NCBI GenBank assembly: GCA_965243185.1
Contig: OZ251531.1
Location: forward strand, 543,665-607,664
Reading direction: 5' to 3'
Length of the DNA stretch: 64,000 nucleotides
Origin: Dehalococcoidia bacterium
Lineage (GTDB): Bacteria > Chloroflexota > Dehalococcoidia > Lucifugimonadales > UBA3495
The notes beneath the pieces were generated by a model. The model was given only the letters and a program-made list of their open reading frames with translations. It was not told the DNA's origin and ran no database searches. Each line of letters begins with the position of its first letter. Within the stretch, counting starts at the first letter, position 1. A program made the position numbers and the translations under genes. Positions 36,306-45,203 of this stretch are shown here, piece after piece.

Positions 36306-38423
36306 ATGCGTAACCTTTGGCTATTGAGCGGCTTGTCGGCGGGACTGGCCGTCATCGCCCTCATTATCGCGGTCATCGCCCTGTCCGGTTCCGCCGCGCC
36401 AGCCCAAACCTCCGCCCTTCCGGACAAGTCCAACCCTACCGACTACACCGTCGCCTTTGTCCGCGAAGCCGTCCGCTACTACCAGGAAAACGGCCGGGAA
36501 GCCACCCTCAACTACTACAACTCCCGGGAAAGCGTCGACGGCTCTTGGTATGTTTTCATCTATGACGATAAAAACATCCGCATCGCCCATCCCATCCGTC
36601 CCGACCTCCTCGGCTTGCCGGTCACCGGCCCCACCGGCGTGGACATCACCGGCTACGCCTACGGCGAGGTAATGGCGGAAACCACCGCCGAAGGCCAGTG
36701 GGTCGATTATGTTTTCCTCAACCCGGACACCGGCTTTCAGCAGCGCAAACATTCCTGGCTGGTCAAGCACGACGGCATCACTTTCGGCTCCGGCTGGTAT
36801 CAGGGTAGCCCCATCCAGACCGCCGACAAATCCAACCCGGTTGACTACACCGTCGCTCTGGTCAATCAGGCCCTCCGTCGCTATGACCGGGAGGGCCGCG
36901 CGGCTACCATCAGCTACTACAATACCCCGGAAAGCGTCGATGCCGAATGGTATGTTTTTATCATCGACGAACAGGGTAAAGTAGCCGCCAACGCCGACCA
37001 ATCCCTGGTCGGCCAGGATTTGACCGGGCCGCTGGGCGTTGACATCACCGGCTATCGCTTCGGCGAAGTGATGGCTGCCGCTGATGAAAACGGCCAATGG
37101 GTGGACTATGTCTTTAACAACCCGGATACCGGCTTTCAGCAGCGCAAACATTCCTGGGTAATCCAGCGCGATGGCTTGATTTTCGGCTCCGGCTGGTATC
37201 AGGGCGCGGCGGTCCGGGCTGCCGACAAGACCAATCCCATCGAATACACCGTTTCCCTGGTGGACGCCGCCCTCCGCCGCTATGCCCGGGACGGCCGCGA
37301 CGCTACCATCGGATACTACAATACCCCGGAAAGCGTCGATGCCGAATGGTATGTTTTCATCATCGACGAACAGGGTAAAGTAGCCGCCAACGCTGACCAA
37401 TCCCTGGTCGGCCAGGATTTGACCGGGCCGCTGGGCGTTGACATCACCGGCTATCGCTTCGGCGAAGTGATGGCTGCCGCTGATGAAAACGGCCAATGGG
37501 TGGACTATGTCTTTAACAACCCGGATACCGGCTTTCAGCAGCGCAAACATTCCTGGGTAATCCAGCGCGATGGCTTGATTTTCGGCTCCGGCTGGTATCA
37601 GGGCGCGGCGGTCCGGGCTGCCGACAAGACCAATCCCATCGAATACACCGTTTCCCTGGTGGACGCCGCCCTCCGCCGCTATGCCCGGGACGGCCGCGAC
37701 GCTACCATTGAATACTACAATACCCGGGAAAGCGTCGATGGCGACTGGTATGTTTTCATCATCGAGGAAAACGGCATCCTGCTCGCCCATCCCAATCAAG
37801 CCTTCCTCGGCGAGGACTTGAAAGGCGACTTGGGCATCGACATTGCCCAATACCGCTTCGGCGATGTCATCCTGGCGGTTACTGAGGAAGGCGACTGGGT
37901 CGATTATATGAACCTGAACCCGGTAACCGGCAATCAGGAATTCAAGCAGAGCTGGGTAGTGCGCCGCGACGGCTTGCTGTTCGGCGCCGGCTGGTATCAA
38001 GCCGTGCCGCCCCTGGGCATCACCAAAGCCGACCCCCGCGCCTACGCCGTCGCTCAGGTCGAGCAAGCCACGGAACTTTACCAGTCCCGCGGCCGGGACG
38101 CCGCCCTCCAATACTACAACTCCCCGGAAAATGTCGATGGCTCCTGGTATGTTTTCATCATCGACGAAAACGACCGCCTGATTGCCCATCCCAACCAAGC
38201 CCTGTTGGGCCAGGATATGAAAGGCGACTTGGGCGTCGACTCCGCCGGCTACCGCTTCGGCACCGCAATGCTCGCCGCCCCGGCGGAAGGCCATTGGGTG
38301 GACTATGTGTACCTGAACCCGGCCAGCGGCAATCAAGAATTCAAGCACACTTGGGCGGTGCGCCACGACGGGCTGATTTTCGGCTCCGGCTGGTACCAGG
38401 TGCTGCCCAACCTCGCCAACTAA
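36306..38423 (+). CDS. exported/membrane-anchored protein with five tandem single-Cache (sCache_2-like) domains
   Basis: N-terminal TM/signal LWLLSGLSAGLAVIALIIAVIAL. Five ~133-aa units follow, each with ...YYN..ESVDG.WYVFI.D.....AHP......G.DL.G..G.D..GY.FG......G.WVDY...NP.TG....K.SW....DGL.FG.GWYQ. Confidence 0.7.
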   Translation: MRNLWLLSGLSAGLAVIALIIAVIALSGSAAPAQTSALPDKSNPTDYTVAFVREAVRYYQENGREATLNYYNSRESVDGSWYVFIYDDKNIRIAHPIRPDLLGLPVTGPTGVDITGYAYGEVMAETTAEGQWVDYVFLNPDTGFQQRKHSWLVKHDGITFGSGWYQGSPIQTADKSNPVDYTVALVNQALRRYDREGRAATISYYNTPESVDAEWYVFIIDEQGKVAANADQSLVGQDLTGPLGVDITGYRFGEVMAAADENGQWVDYVFNNPDTGFQQRKHSWVIQRDGLIFGSGWYQGAAVRAADKTNPIEYTVSLVDAALRRYARDGRDATIGYYNTPESVDAEWYVFIIDEQGKVAANADQSLVGQDLTGPLGVDITGYRFGEVMAAADENGQWVDYVFNNPDTGFQQRKHSWVIQRDGLIFGSGWYQGAAVRAADKTNPIEYTVSLVDAALRRYARDGRDATIEYYNTRESVDGDWYVFIIEENGILLAHPNQAFLGEDLKGDLGIDIAQYRFGDVILAVTEEGDWVDYMNLNPVTGNQEFKQSWVVRRDGLLFGAGWYQAVPPLGITKADPRAYAVAQVEQATELYQSRGRDAALQYYNSPENVDGSWYVFIIDENDRLIAHPNQALLGQDMKGDLGVDSAGYRFGTAMLAAPAEGHWVDYVYLNPASGNQEFKHTWAVRHDGLIFGSGWYQVLPNLAN
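36921..37718 (+). repeat. near-identical 399-bp tandem duplication inside the Cache-repeat gene
   Basis: 36921-37319 and 37320-37718 differ at only a handful of positions by eye (e.g. tttttatc/ttttcatc, gccgac/gctgac). The period is exactly 133 codons. Confidence 0.9.
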
Positions 38424-38463
38424 CCCCCACTGACGGCCGGCATTTCCCGGCAAAACAAACCAT

Positions 38464-38488
38464 AGGGGCGGGTACAAAACCCGCCCCT
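38464..38488. terminator. bidirectional terminator-like hairpin between convergent genes
   Basis: aggggcggg (38464-38472), loop tacaaaa, cccgcccct (38480-38488). The minus-strand reading is followed by a T-rich run (atggtttgttttg). Confidence 0.55.
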
Positions 38489-38516
38489 ACTTCTCATCCG
38501 ATTGCGCCTCTTGCGG

Positions 38517-38771
38517 CTAGGGCGTTCCGTCCGCCGCCTTAACCGTGGCGGCCCCCTTGCCGGCTTTGCCCTCCTTGCCGGCAGCCCGGGCCGCGGTCAA
38601 GAGGGGCAGCAGCAGTTCGGCGGCGTGGTCGAGGGTAAAGCCTACCGCCTCGCCCGCCGCGTCATAGTCCACGATAAGGTTCTCCGCCACATCATCCGCC
38701 GCGCTGGCCGGCGCCCCGTTCCAGAGGGACAGCGTGTCAGTGTCGCTATAGTAGGAAATCCGCAGTTTCAT
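38517..38771 (-). CDS. DUF2283 domain protein (antitoxin-like), pair A
   Basis: MKLRISYYSDTDTLSLWNG...ENLIVDYDAAGEAVGFTLDHA is the typical DUF2283 layout. ATG 38771 overlaps the upstream gene's stop as ATGA. Confidence 0.6.
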   Translation of the reverse strand: MKLRISYYSDTDTLSLWNGAPASAADDVAENLIVDYDAAGEAVGFTLDHAAELLLPLLTAARAAGKEGKAGKGAATVKAADGTP

Positions 38772-39007
38772 ATCCGTCCCCACTGGTTAAGTTTCTTGTG
38801 GTCGAAAAAACGGTTGAGCAGCTTCCCATCGGCAACTATCACCCGCAGCCACTTGTCCGCCTCCGGGATATAGCCCCAATACCGGATTCGCCCGTCCGGC
38901 TGCACTTCGGAATGGTAAGGGTTAGCCAACACCCGCTCGACCCACTCCGGCCGGACTTCCGGGTGTTTCCGCTGGACTTCCCCGTCGTAGTAGTCAGTCG
39001 TCTCCAT
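38768..39007 (-). CDS. DUF4258-like toxin candidate, pair A
   Basis: 79 aa; RPEWVERVLANPYHSEVQPDGRIRYWGYIPEADKWLRVIVADGKLLNRFFD. TATAAT (minus strand, 39016-39021) lies 8 nt upstream of the ATG, so the transcript is effectively leaderless. Translationally coupled to the DUF2283 gene. Confidence 0.5.
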   Translation of the reverse strand: METTDYYDGEVQRKHPEVRPEWVERVLANPYHSEVQPDGRIRYWGYIPEADKWLRVIVADGKLLNRFFDHKKLNQWGRI

Positions 39008-39065
39008 TAGCGGCCATTATACCCAAACCCGCCCCCTACTTCTCATCCGACTGCGCCCCTTGCGG

Positions 39066-39338
39066 CTAGCGCGGCCCCTCCGCCGCCTTAACCGTGGCGG
39101 TCCCCTTGCCGGCTTTGCCCGCCTTGCCGGCAGCCCGGGCGGCGGTTAATAGGGGCAGCAGCAGTTCGGCGGCGTGGTCGATGCTGACCGCATTAGGCCG
39201 GTCGTCATCGTCAAAGAACACCACCACGGCGTCGCTGATGTCCTCGCCGTTAGGCGTCGGCCGCCCGTTGCCCAGCCACAAGGTGTCGGTTTCCCCGTCG
39301 TACTCTATTCGTAGTTTCGGGTTTCCGGTATTCCCCAT
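39066..39338 (-). CDS. DUF2283 domain protein (antitoxin-like), pair B
   Basis: PKLRIEYDGETDTLWLGNG...VVVFFDDDDRPNAVSIDHAAELLLPLLTAARAAGKAGKAGKG is a paralog of 38517..38771, with the same Lys/Ala/Gly-rich tail. Confidence 0.6.
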   Translation of the reverse strand: MGNTGNPKLRIEYDGETDTLWLGNGRPTPNGEDISDAVVVFFDDDDRPNAVSIDHAAELLLPLLTAARAAGKAGKAGKGTATVKAAEGPR

Positions 39339-39562
39339 TTTCGCAATGCCCCCCGGTCGAAAAATCGGTTAAGCAGCTTCCCTTCATCGAGGACAACCCT
39401 GATCCACCGGCCGGCTTCCGCGATGTAGCCGTAATGCCTGACCCGGCCATCATCCTGGATTTCGGTATGGTGCGGATTAGCTACTACTTGTTCAACCCAC
39501 TCATCCCGGATTTCCGGATGATTGCGCCTTGCCTGATTTTCGTAATATCCAATGGTTTCCAT
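39305..39562 (-). CDS. DUF4258-like toxin candidate, pair B
   Basis: METIGYYENQARRNHPEIRDEWVEQVVANPHHTEIQDDGRVRHYGYIAEAGRWIRVVLDEGKLLNRFFD is a paralog of 38768..39007. TATAAT (minus strand, 39569-39574) lies 6 nt upstream of ATG 39562. The longer track ORF to 39901 is not supported. Confidence 0.5.
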   Translation of the reverse strand: METIGYYENQARRNHPEIRDEWVEQVVANPHHTEIQDDGRVRHYGYIAEAGRWIRVVLDEGKLLNRFFDRGALRKWGIPETRNYE

Positions 39563-39758
39563 TGGTGCATTATACATTATACCCCAAGCCCTTTCCCCAT
39601 CAAACCGCCCCCTTTCCCGTCCATCAACTGCAAAACCCGCCAACGGGATACCCGTAGCCGCCACGGGGACGCCGCCCGCCACGCCGCCCGCCGACCTTAA
39701 CCGGCAATATCTGAAAATAACGGTTTTAACTAAAAAACCATTTGCCGCTAACTGCTTA

Positions 39759-39787
39759 TTGACAAAACCCTTTTGCCATTGTATAAG
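39759..39787 (+). promoter_or_regulatory. sigma70-type promoter of the ABC transporter operon
   Basis: TTGACA (39759-39764), 17-nt spacer, TATAAG (39782-39787). A ~130-nt GC-hairpin-rich leader follows, then AAGGAGGG. Confidence 0.6.
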
Positions 39788-39926
39788 TTTCCGCAATATC
39801 TGCGTATCTTTCGGGAGGCGCGGGTCTGCCGGGGCGGTTTGCCGGCAGCGCCGCCAGTAGCGGCAATGCCGACTTTCCAGCCCGGCGGTTATCCAATCCA
39901 AAATTAAGGAGGGTAGTTAACCAGGC

Positions 39927-41855
39927 ATGGCAAACATAGGCGCTCTTATCTCGTGGTGCCAGTGGCGGCGCGGCTTGGCCGCTGGCGCCGTCCTGCTGAC
40001 CCTGCTCATCGTCGCCTGCGGCGCATCTACGCCGCCGACTGCCGTTCCGGCCCAACAGCCGGCGGCCCAGACTGAACCGGCCGCTCCGGCGCAGGAACCG
40101 GCCCAACCGGCCCCGGTTCAAGAACAGCCCACGGCCGCCCCGGCCGTCCCTACCGACGCCCGGGCTTTGACCGACACCCGGCAGTTTGAATCCACCCCGA
40201 CCCCGGAACCGGCGATGGCCGGCGCTACCGCAACTCCGGTACCGACGCCCACTCCCGGAACCGCTTTTACCGCCAAGGATGAAGTAGTTATCGTTATTCA
40301 AGAGGAACCCGATTCCCTCAGCACCTGGAGCGCCGGGTGCAGCGGTAATGTACCCTCCATGGTCTGTGAGGAGGTCGCCAGCGACCCCTTCACCTGGATT
40401 GACAGCACCAACTTCGAGGTCGTCCCGCTGACCGGCGTGGAAAGCTGGTCTCAGCAGGGCCCCGACCGCTGGCGCTTTGTCCTCCGCGACGGCGTAACTT
40501 TCCATAACGGCGAACCTTGGAACGCCGCCGCCGCCAAGAAAGGCTTGGACTACCTCGGCGACAAGGAAACTTCCGGCCACGGCCGCGGCGCTTTCGGCTT
40601 CCACGGCGTCATCGGCGGCGAAGTGGTTGACGATATGACCGTCGATGTGGTCTGCGAAGTCGCTTGCCCCGTTTTCCCCCGTTCCGCCATCTTTACTACT
40701 TTCCAGGCCCCGGAATGGTGGGACAACGCTACCGAGGACGAACAAGCTACCCACACCGTCGGCCTCGGCCCCTACCGGATTGTCGAGTGGAATCGCGGTG
40801 TCTCCGTAACCCTCGAAGCCTACGAGAACTACAAGCCCAACAACGCCTACGATGCCCAGGCTCCGGCTATCAAGAATGTCACCCAGGTCTGGCGTCCCGA
40901 ACCCTTGGTACGCGCCGCGATGGTTAGCTCCGGCGAAGGCGATTGGGCTGTGGAAATCGGCTTCGAGAACATCGACGCCGTCCCCGTCGCCAAGACCGGC
41001 ACCAACAACGAAGTCTTTACCTTGGTCGCCGATAACATTTGGCACCCGGAACTCAGCAAGAAAGACGTACGCCGCGCCTTGGCCCTCGGCGTGGACTGCC
41101 AACTGCTGATGGAGACCCTCTACGATGGCCTCCTCGAGTGCATCGGCAACATCTCCCAGTGGGGTACGGTCGGCATCAACGAAAGCAACTATGCCGACTA
41201 CGGCTATGACCCGGAGGAAGCCCGCCGCCTGCTGGCCGCCGCCGGTTACTACAGCGACGAGTACGACCCGGCCAGCAACAACTGGGATGTGAACGAGGAA
41301 ATCATCATCCACACCCGGGCGGCCCGCGTGTACCGGGGACTGGAAATGTTCGAGTCCGTCGTGGGCAACTGGCAGGAGGAATTGGGCGTCAACGCCAAGC
41401 TGCAAGTGCTGGAGCCGTCCAAGGCCCGGGAACACCGCCGCTCCGGCTGCGGCGCCCTCGACTCGGCAGTGCAGCTCGACTGCGTCAACCAGACCCCGCC
41501 GGGCGTCGGCCAATCCACCCACTACTACGAAACGGCTACCTCCAACGAAATGTTGGATATGCAGCGTCAGTTGCTCCTGCGGAACAGCTGCCACAATGTC
41601 AACAGCCGGGTCTGCAATCTGGTGGATGGCTTGGACGGGATGACCTTCCAGGAAAGCATCTCCGACGCCATCGCCACCCCCTTGGGTCCGGAACGCACCG
41701 CCAAGATGGAGGCTATGGCGCAGATTATCCACGACGAATACTGGTTCCTGCCCTTCTTTGTTTCGGTAACGGTCTATGGCTTGGCCGACAACCTCGAGTG
41801 GGAACCCCGTTACGACCCCCGCACTCGGATTAACACTATGCGGTTCACCCAGTAA
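39927..41855 (+). CDS. ABC transporter substrate-binding lipoprotein, family 5 (peptide/nickel/opine type)
   Basis: Lipobox LLTLLIVACGA, then a Pro/Ala/Gln-rich linker. WRFVLRDGVTFHNGEPWNAAAA is typical of SBP_bac_5. 642 aa; followed by DppB/DppC-like permeases. Confidence 0.8.
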   Translation: MANIGALISWCQWRRGLAAGAVLLTLLIVACGASTPPTAVPAQQPAAQTEPAAPAQEPAQPAPVQEQPTAAPAVPTDARALTDTRQFESTPTPEPAMAGATATPVPTPTPGTAFTAKDEVVIVIQEEPDSLSTWSAGCSGNVPSMVCEEVASDPFTWIDSTNFEVVPLTGVESWSQQGPDRWRFVLRDGVTFHNGEPWNAAAAKKGLDYLGDKETSGHGRGAFGFHGVIGGEVVDDMTVDVVCEVACPVFPRSAIFTTFQAPEWWDNATEDEQATHTVGLGPYRIVEWNRGVSVTLEAYENYKPNNAYDAQAPAIKNVTQVWRPEPLVRAAMVSSGEGDWAVEIGFENIDAVPVAKTGTNNEVFTLVADNIWHPELSKKDVRRALALGVDCQLLMETLYDGLLECIGNISQWGTVGINESNYADYGYDPEEARRLLAAAGYYSDEYDPASNNWDVNEEIIIHTRAARVYRGLEMFESVVGNWQEELGVNAKLQVLEPSKAREHRRSGCGALDSAVQLDCVNQTPPGVGQSTHYYETATSNEMLDMQRQLLLRNSCHNVNSRVCNLVDGLDGMTFQESISDAIATPLGPERTAKMEAMAQIIHDEYWFLPFFVSVTVYGLADNLEWEPRYDPRTRINTMRFTQ

Positions 41856-42009
41856 CCCTTTGGCACGGCAAACCGGCGCGCCCCGGCCTTGGGCCGGTCG
41901 GGGCGTCCCGGCAAGCCACCGCCAACCGTAAGTCAGCAATCAGCTAGGTGAACCCCCTTACGACAATCATCGTTCATCCGTGATTACACACGAGGAGGAG
42001 CTACCTGAG

Positions 42010-43974
42010 ATGAGACACGGAACTACCGGTAACCCCAGGAACCTGTGGCGGCGCGGGACGGCGGCCATCGCTTTGCTGCTGACCCTGTTCGTCGTCGCCT
42101 GCGGCGCCGCTACGCCGCCCACGGCCGCTCCGGCCGCGGAACAGCCGTCCCAACCGGCCGCGCAAGCCCAACCGGCCGCGCCGGCGGCAGAACCGGCCCA
42201 GCCGGCCGCCCCGGCCGAGCAGCCCGCGGCTCAAGAACCGGCCGGCACTTCCGCCGACGCCCGGGCTCTGGTGACCGAGCAGCGGCAATTCCAGGCTACG
42301 CCGACCCCGGCGGCGGCCATGGCGGCAGCCACGGCTACCCCGGTGCCGACGCCCACTCCCGGCACCGCATTTACCGCCAAAGACACCATCATCCTGGTGA
42401 CCCAGGAGGAACCGGTTTCCCTAGGGACTTTCAGCGACGGGTGTAGCGGTAATGTGCCGTCAATGATTTGCGAGGAAATCGCCACCGACCCCTTTACCTG
42501 GATTGACAGCACCAACTTTGAGGTGGTGCCGCTGAGTGGCGTGGACAGCTGGTCCCAAGTCGACCCCAAACGCTGGCGGTTCAATCTGCGCTCCGGTGTA
42601 ACTTTCCATAACGGTGAACCCTGGAACGCCGCAGCCGCCAAATTCGGCTTGGACTGGTCCGGCGATCCCACCAGCGGCGGCGGGTACGGCTTCCACGGTC
42701 CCATCCGCGGCGAAGTGGTCGATGACCTGACTGTCGATGTGGTCTGCGAAAACGCCTGCCCCATTTTCCCCCGCACCGCCATCTTTTCCCCCTTCCAAGC
42801 CCCCGAATGGTACCAGAATGCCAGTGAGGACGAGCGGGAGCTGAACACCATCGGCACCGGCCCTTACCGGGTAGTGGAATGGCGTCCCGGCGTGGAAGTG
42901 GAAATCGAAGCCTTCGAGGACTACCAACCCAACACCGCCTTTGACGCTCAAGCCCCCTCCATCAAGCGGGCTTTCCAAGTCTGGCGTGGTGAGAACCTGG
43001 TACGGGCGGCGATGATTGAGGCCGAGGAAGCCGACTGGGCTGTGGACATCGGCTTCGAGAACATCTCCGACGACATCAATTTCAAGACCGGCACCAACAA
43101 CGAAGTCTTTACCCTGGTTGCCGATAACATCTGGCACCCGGAACTGCGGAAGTTCGAGGTGCGCCGCGCCTTGGCCTTGGGCGTTGACTGCCAACTGCTG
43201 ATGGATACCCTCTATGACGGCTTGCAGGAGTGCATCGGCAACATCTCCCAGTGGGGGACGGTCGGCATCAACGAAAGCAACTACGCTGACTATGGCTATG
43301 ATCCGGAGGAAGCCGTCCGGCTGCTGACCGCCGCCGGCTACTACAGCGACGAGTACGATCCGTCCGCCAACAACCACGATGTGAACCCGGCAATCCGCAT
43401 CCACACCCGGGCCGCCCGGGTCTATCGCGGCCTGGAAATGTTCGAGTCCGTAGTCGCCGGCTGGCGCGAATTGGGCGTCAACGCTCATGTCATCGTGCTG
43501 GAACCCAACCGGGCCCGGGAAGCCCGCCGCTCCGGCTGCGGGAAGTTCGTGGAAACCCAAGATGACGGGACGCAGATCCGCGACAAAGCCTTGGCTTGCG
43601 CTGAACAGGAACCCCCGGCCCCCTTCGGCTCCTCCACTCATTTCTACGAAACGGCTACCTCCAACGAAGCACTGGATATGCAGCGTCAGCTGTATCTCCG
43701 CAACAGCTGTTTCAATGTCAACAGCCGGGTCTGCAACTTGGCCCCCGGCTTCGATGGGATGACTTGGGAGGACAGCATCAACGACGCCGTTGCCACCCCC
43801 TTGGGCCCGGAACGTGTCCGCAAGATGGAGTACTTGGCCCAGGTTATTCACGACCAGCACTGGTTCCTCCCCTTCTTTGTCTCGGTGCAGGTCTATGGCT
43901 TGGCGGACAACCTTGAATGGGAACCCCGCTATGACCCCCGCGTCCGGGTGAATACCATGCGCTTTACCCAGTAA
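42010..43974 (+). CDS. ABC transporter substrate-binding lipoprotein, family 5 (paralog of 39927..41855)
   Basis: GAGGAGGAG RBS; lipobox LLTLFVVACGA. Colinear with the first SBP with long identical stretches (e.g. VFTLVADNIWHPEL, ECIGNISQWGTVGINESNYADYGYDPEEA). Confidence 0.8.
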   Translation: MRHGTTGNPRNLWRRGTAAIALLLTLFVVACGAATPPTAAPAAEQPSQPAAQAQPAAPAAEPAQPAAPAEQPAAQEPAGTSADARALVTEQRQFQATPTPAAAMAAATATPVPTPTPGTAFTAKDTIILVTQEEPVSLGTFSDGCSGNVPSMICEEIATDPFTWIDSTNFEVVPLSGVDSWSQVDPKRWRFNLRSGVTFHNGEPWNAAAAKFGLDWSGDPTSGGGYGFHGPIRGEVVDDLTVDVVCENACPIFPRTAIFSPFQAPEWYQNASEDERELNTIGTGPYRVVEWRPGVEVEIEAFEDYQPNTAFDAQAPSIKRAFQVWRGENLVRAAMIEAEEADWAVDIGFENISDDINFKTGTNNEVFTLVADNIWHPELRKFEVRRALALGVDCQLLMDTLYDGLQECIGNISQWGTVGINESNYADYGYDPEEAVRLLTAAGYYSDEYDPSANNHDVNPAIRIHTRAARVYRGLEMFESVVAGWRELGVNAHVIVLEPNRAREARRSGCGKFVETQDDGTQIRDKALACAEQEPPAPFGSSTHFYETATSNEALDMQRQLYLRNSCFNVNSRVCNLAPGFDGMTWEDSINDAVATPLGPERVRKMEYLAQVIHDQHWFLPFFVSVQVYGLADNLEWEPRYDPRVRVNTMRFTQ

Positions 43975-43994
43975 CCCGGCATTACCGCAACCCC

Positions 43995-44027
43995 GCGCCC
44001 CGGGAGTTTGTAAAACTCCCGGGGCGC
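43995..44027 (+). terminator. strong intercistronic hairpin after the second SBP gene (attenuator/mRNA stabiliser or terminator, no U-tract)
   Basis: gcgccccgggagt (43995-44007), loop ttgtaaa, actcccggggcgc (44015-44027); a 13-bp perfect stem. Confidence 0.5.
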
Positions 44028-44151
44028 CACCGGCAGCTACAACCATTGGGAAAACTTGGCAAACCGGATAAGTCCAAAGCCCCGCCACGGGCGTATGCCA
44101 AGTAACTGACAACCGCCGGACTCCGCAGCCGGCTTTAGCAAGGGGACTGCT

Positions 44152-45081
44152 GTGCGTAACTATATGATTCGGCGTATCGGCCACTCCGTCTTTATCGTGG
44201 CCGGCTTGATGGGGCTGCTGTTCCTTGCCATCAATGTGCTGGGCGACCCGGTGGAGTTGATGGTGGACGAGGACGCGTCCCAGGAAACTATCGACGCCCT
44301 GCGGGAAAAATTCGGCCTCGACCGGCCCCTGCACATCCGCTTCGCCGACTTTTATTGGGACTTGGCCCGCGGCGACTTCGGCAAGTCCCTCCGCCACCGC
44401 ATCGACGCCCGGGAAATGATTCTCGACCGTCTGCCCAACACGGCGGTGCTGGCGATGGTCGCCTGGATTATCGGGATGATTGGCATACCTTTAGGGATGT
44501 TAGCGGCCCGGCGACCGCGCGGCTTTATCGACCGCATCGTTAACATCCTCTCCTTTGCCGTCATCTCCGTCCCTCAGTTCTGGCTGGCACTGATGCTGAT
44601 TCTCATCGTTTCAGTGCAGCTGGATCTGCTGCCCACTTCCGGGTTCAAGGGGCTCGGCCCCGCCGGCTGGCAGTTTATGATTCTGCCGGCGATGGCGCTC
44701 TCGCCGCTGGTAATGGGCCGCAACGCCCAGATTACCCGCTCGACGATGATTGAGGAAATCGCCAAGCAGTATGTCGCCACCGCCCGCTCCAAGGGCTTGG
44801 CGGAAACGGCCATCCTGTACGGCCATGTCCTCAAAAACGCCTCCATCTCCATCGTAACCCTGATGGGCGACGAACTGGCCGGCTTTATGAACGGCTCCAC
44901 CGTGGTGGAAATCATCTTTGGCTGGCCCGGCATCGGCAAACTGCTGATTGACGGCATCAACGCCCGGGATTTGCCGGTGGTCACTTCCTCGGTCTTTGTC
45001 ATCGCCCTGATGGTGATGGTCATTAACCTGGTGGTGGACTTGATTTATACCTGGCTGGACCCGCGCATTTCCTACAGTTAG
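44152..45081 (+). CDS. ABC transporter permease (DppB/OppB-like)
   Basis: MIRRIGHSVFIVAGLMGLLFLAINVLGDPVELM... is the canonical BPD_transp_1 N-terminus for DppB-type permeases. 6 predicted TM segments. Confidence 0.85.
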   Translation: MRNYMIRRIGHSVFIVAGLMGLLFLAINVLGDPVELMVDEDASQETIDALREKFGLDRPLHIRFADFYWDLARGDFGKSLRHRIDAREMILDRLPNTAVLAMVAWIIGMIGIPLGMLAARRPRGFIDRIVNILSFAVISVPQFWLALMLILIVSVQLDLLPTSGFKGLGPAGWQFMILPAMALSPLVMGRNAQITRSTMIEEIAKQYVATARSKGLAETAILYGHVLKNASISIVTLMGDELAGFMNGSTVVEIIFGWPGIGKLLIDGINARDLPVVTSSVFVIALMVMVINLVVDLIYTWLDPRISYS

Positions 45082-45203
45082 CCGATAATCCCCTCATTCC
45101 CGGCGGCCGCCGTGTCCCCCAAAGTAAAAAGCGGCCGGCCGGCGGGCAAGGGGAAACCGGCGGCTAACCCGTACCCATTCTGCCTAGAGGATGCGGCGCA
45201 ATT

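Noticed and set aside
39788-39926. Structured 5' leader of the ABC operon, considered as a known riboswitch (cobalamin, NiCo, others).
   Set aside because: I could not find the B12 box (gccactg context) or any other conserved core I can recall. It is only reported as an unexplained structured leader within the transporter finding.
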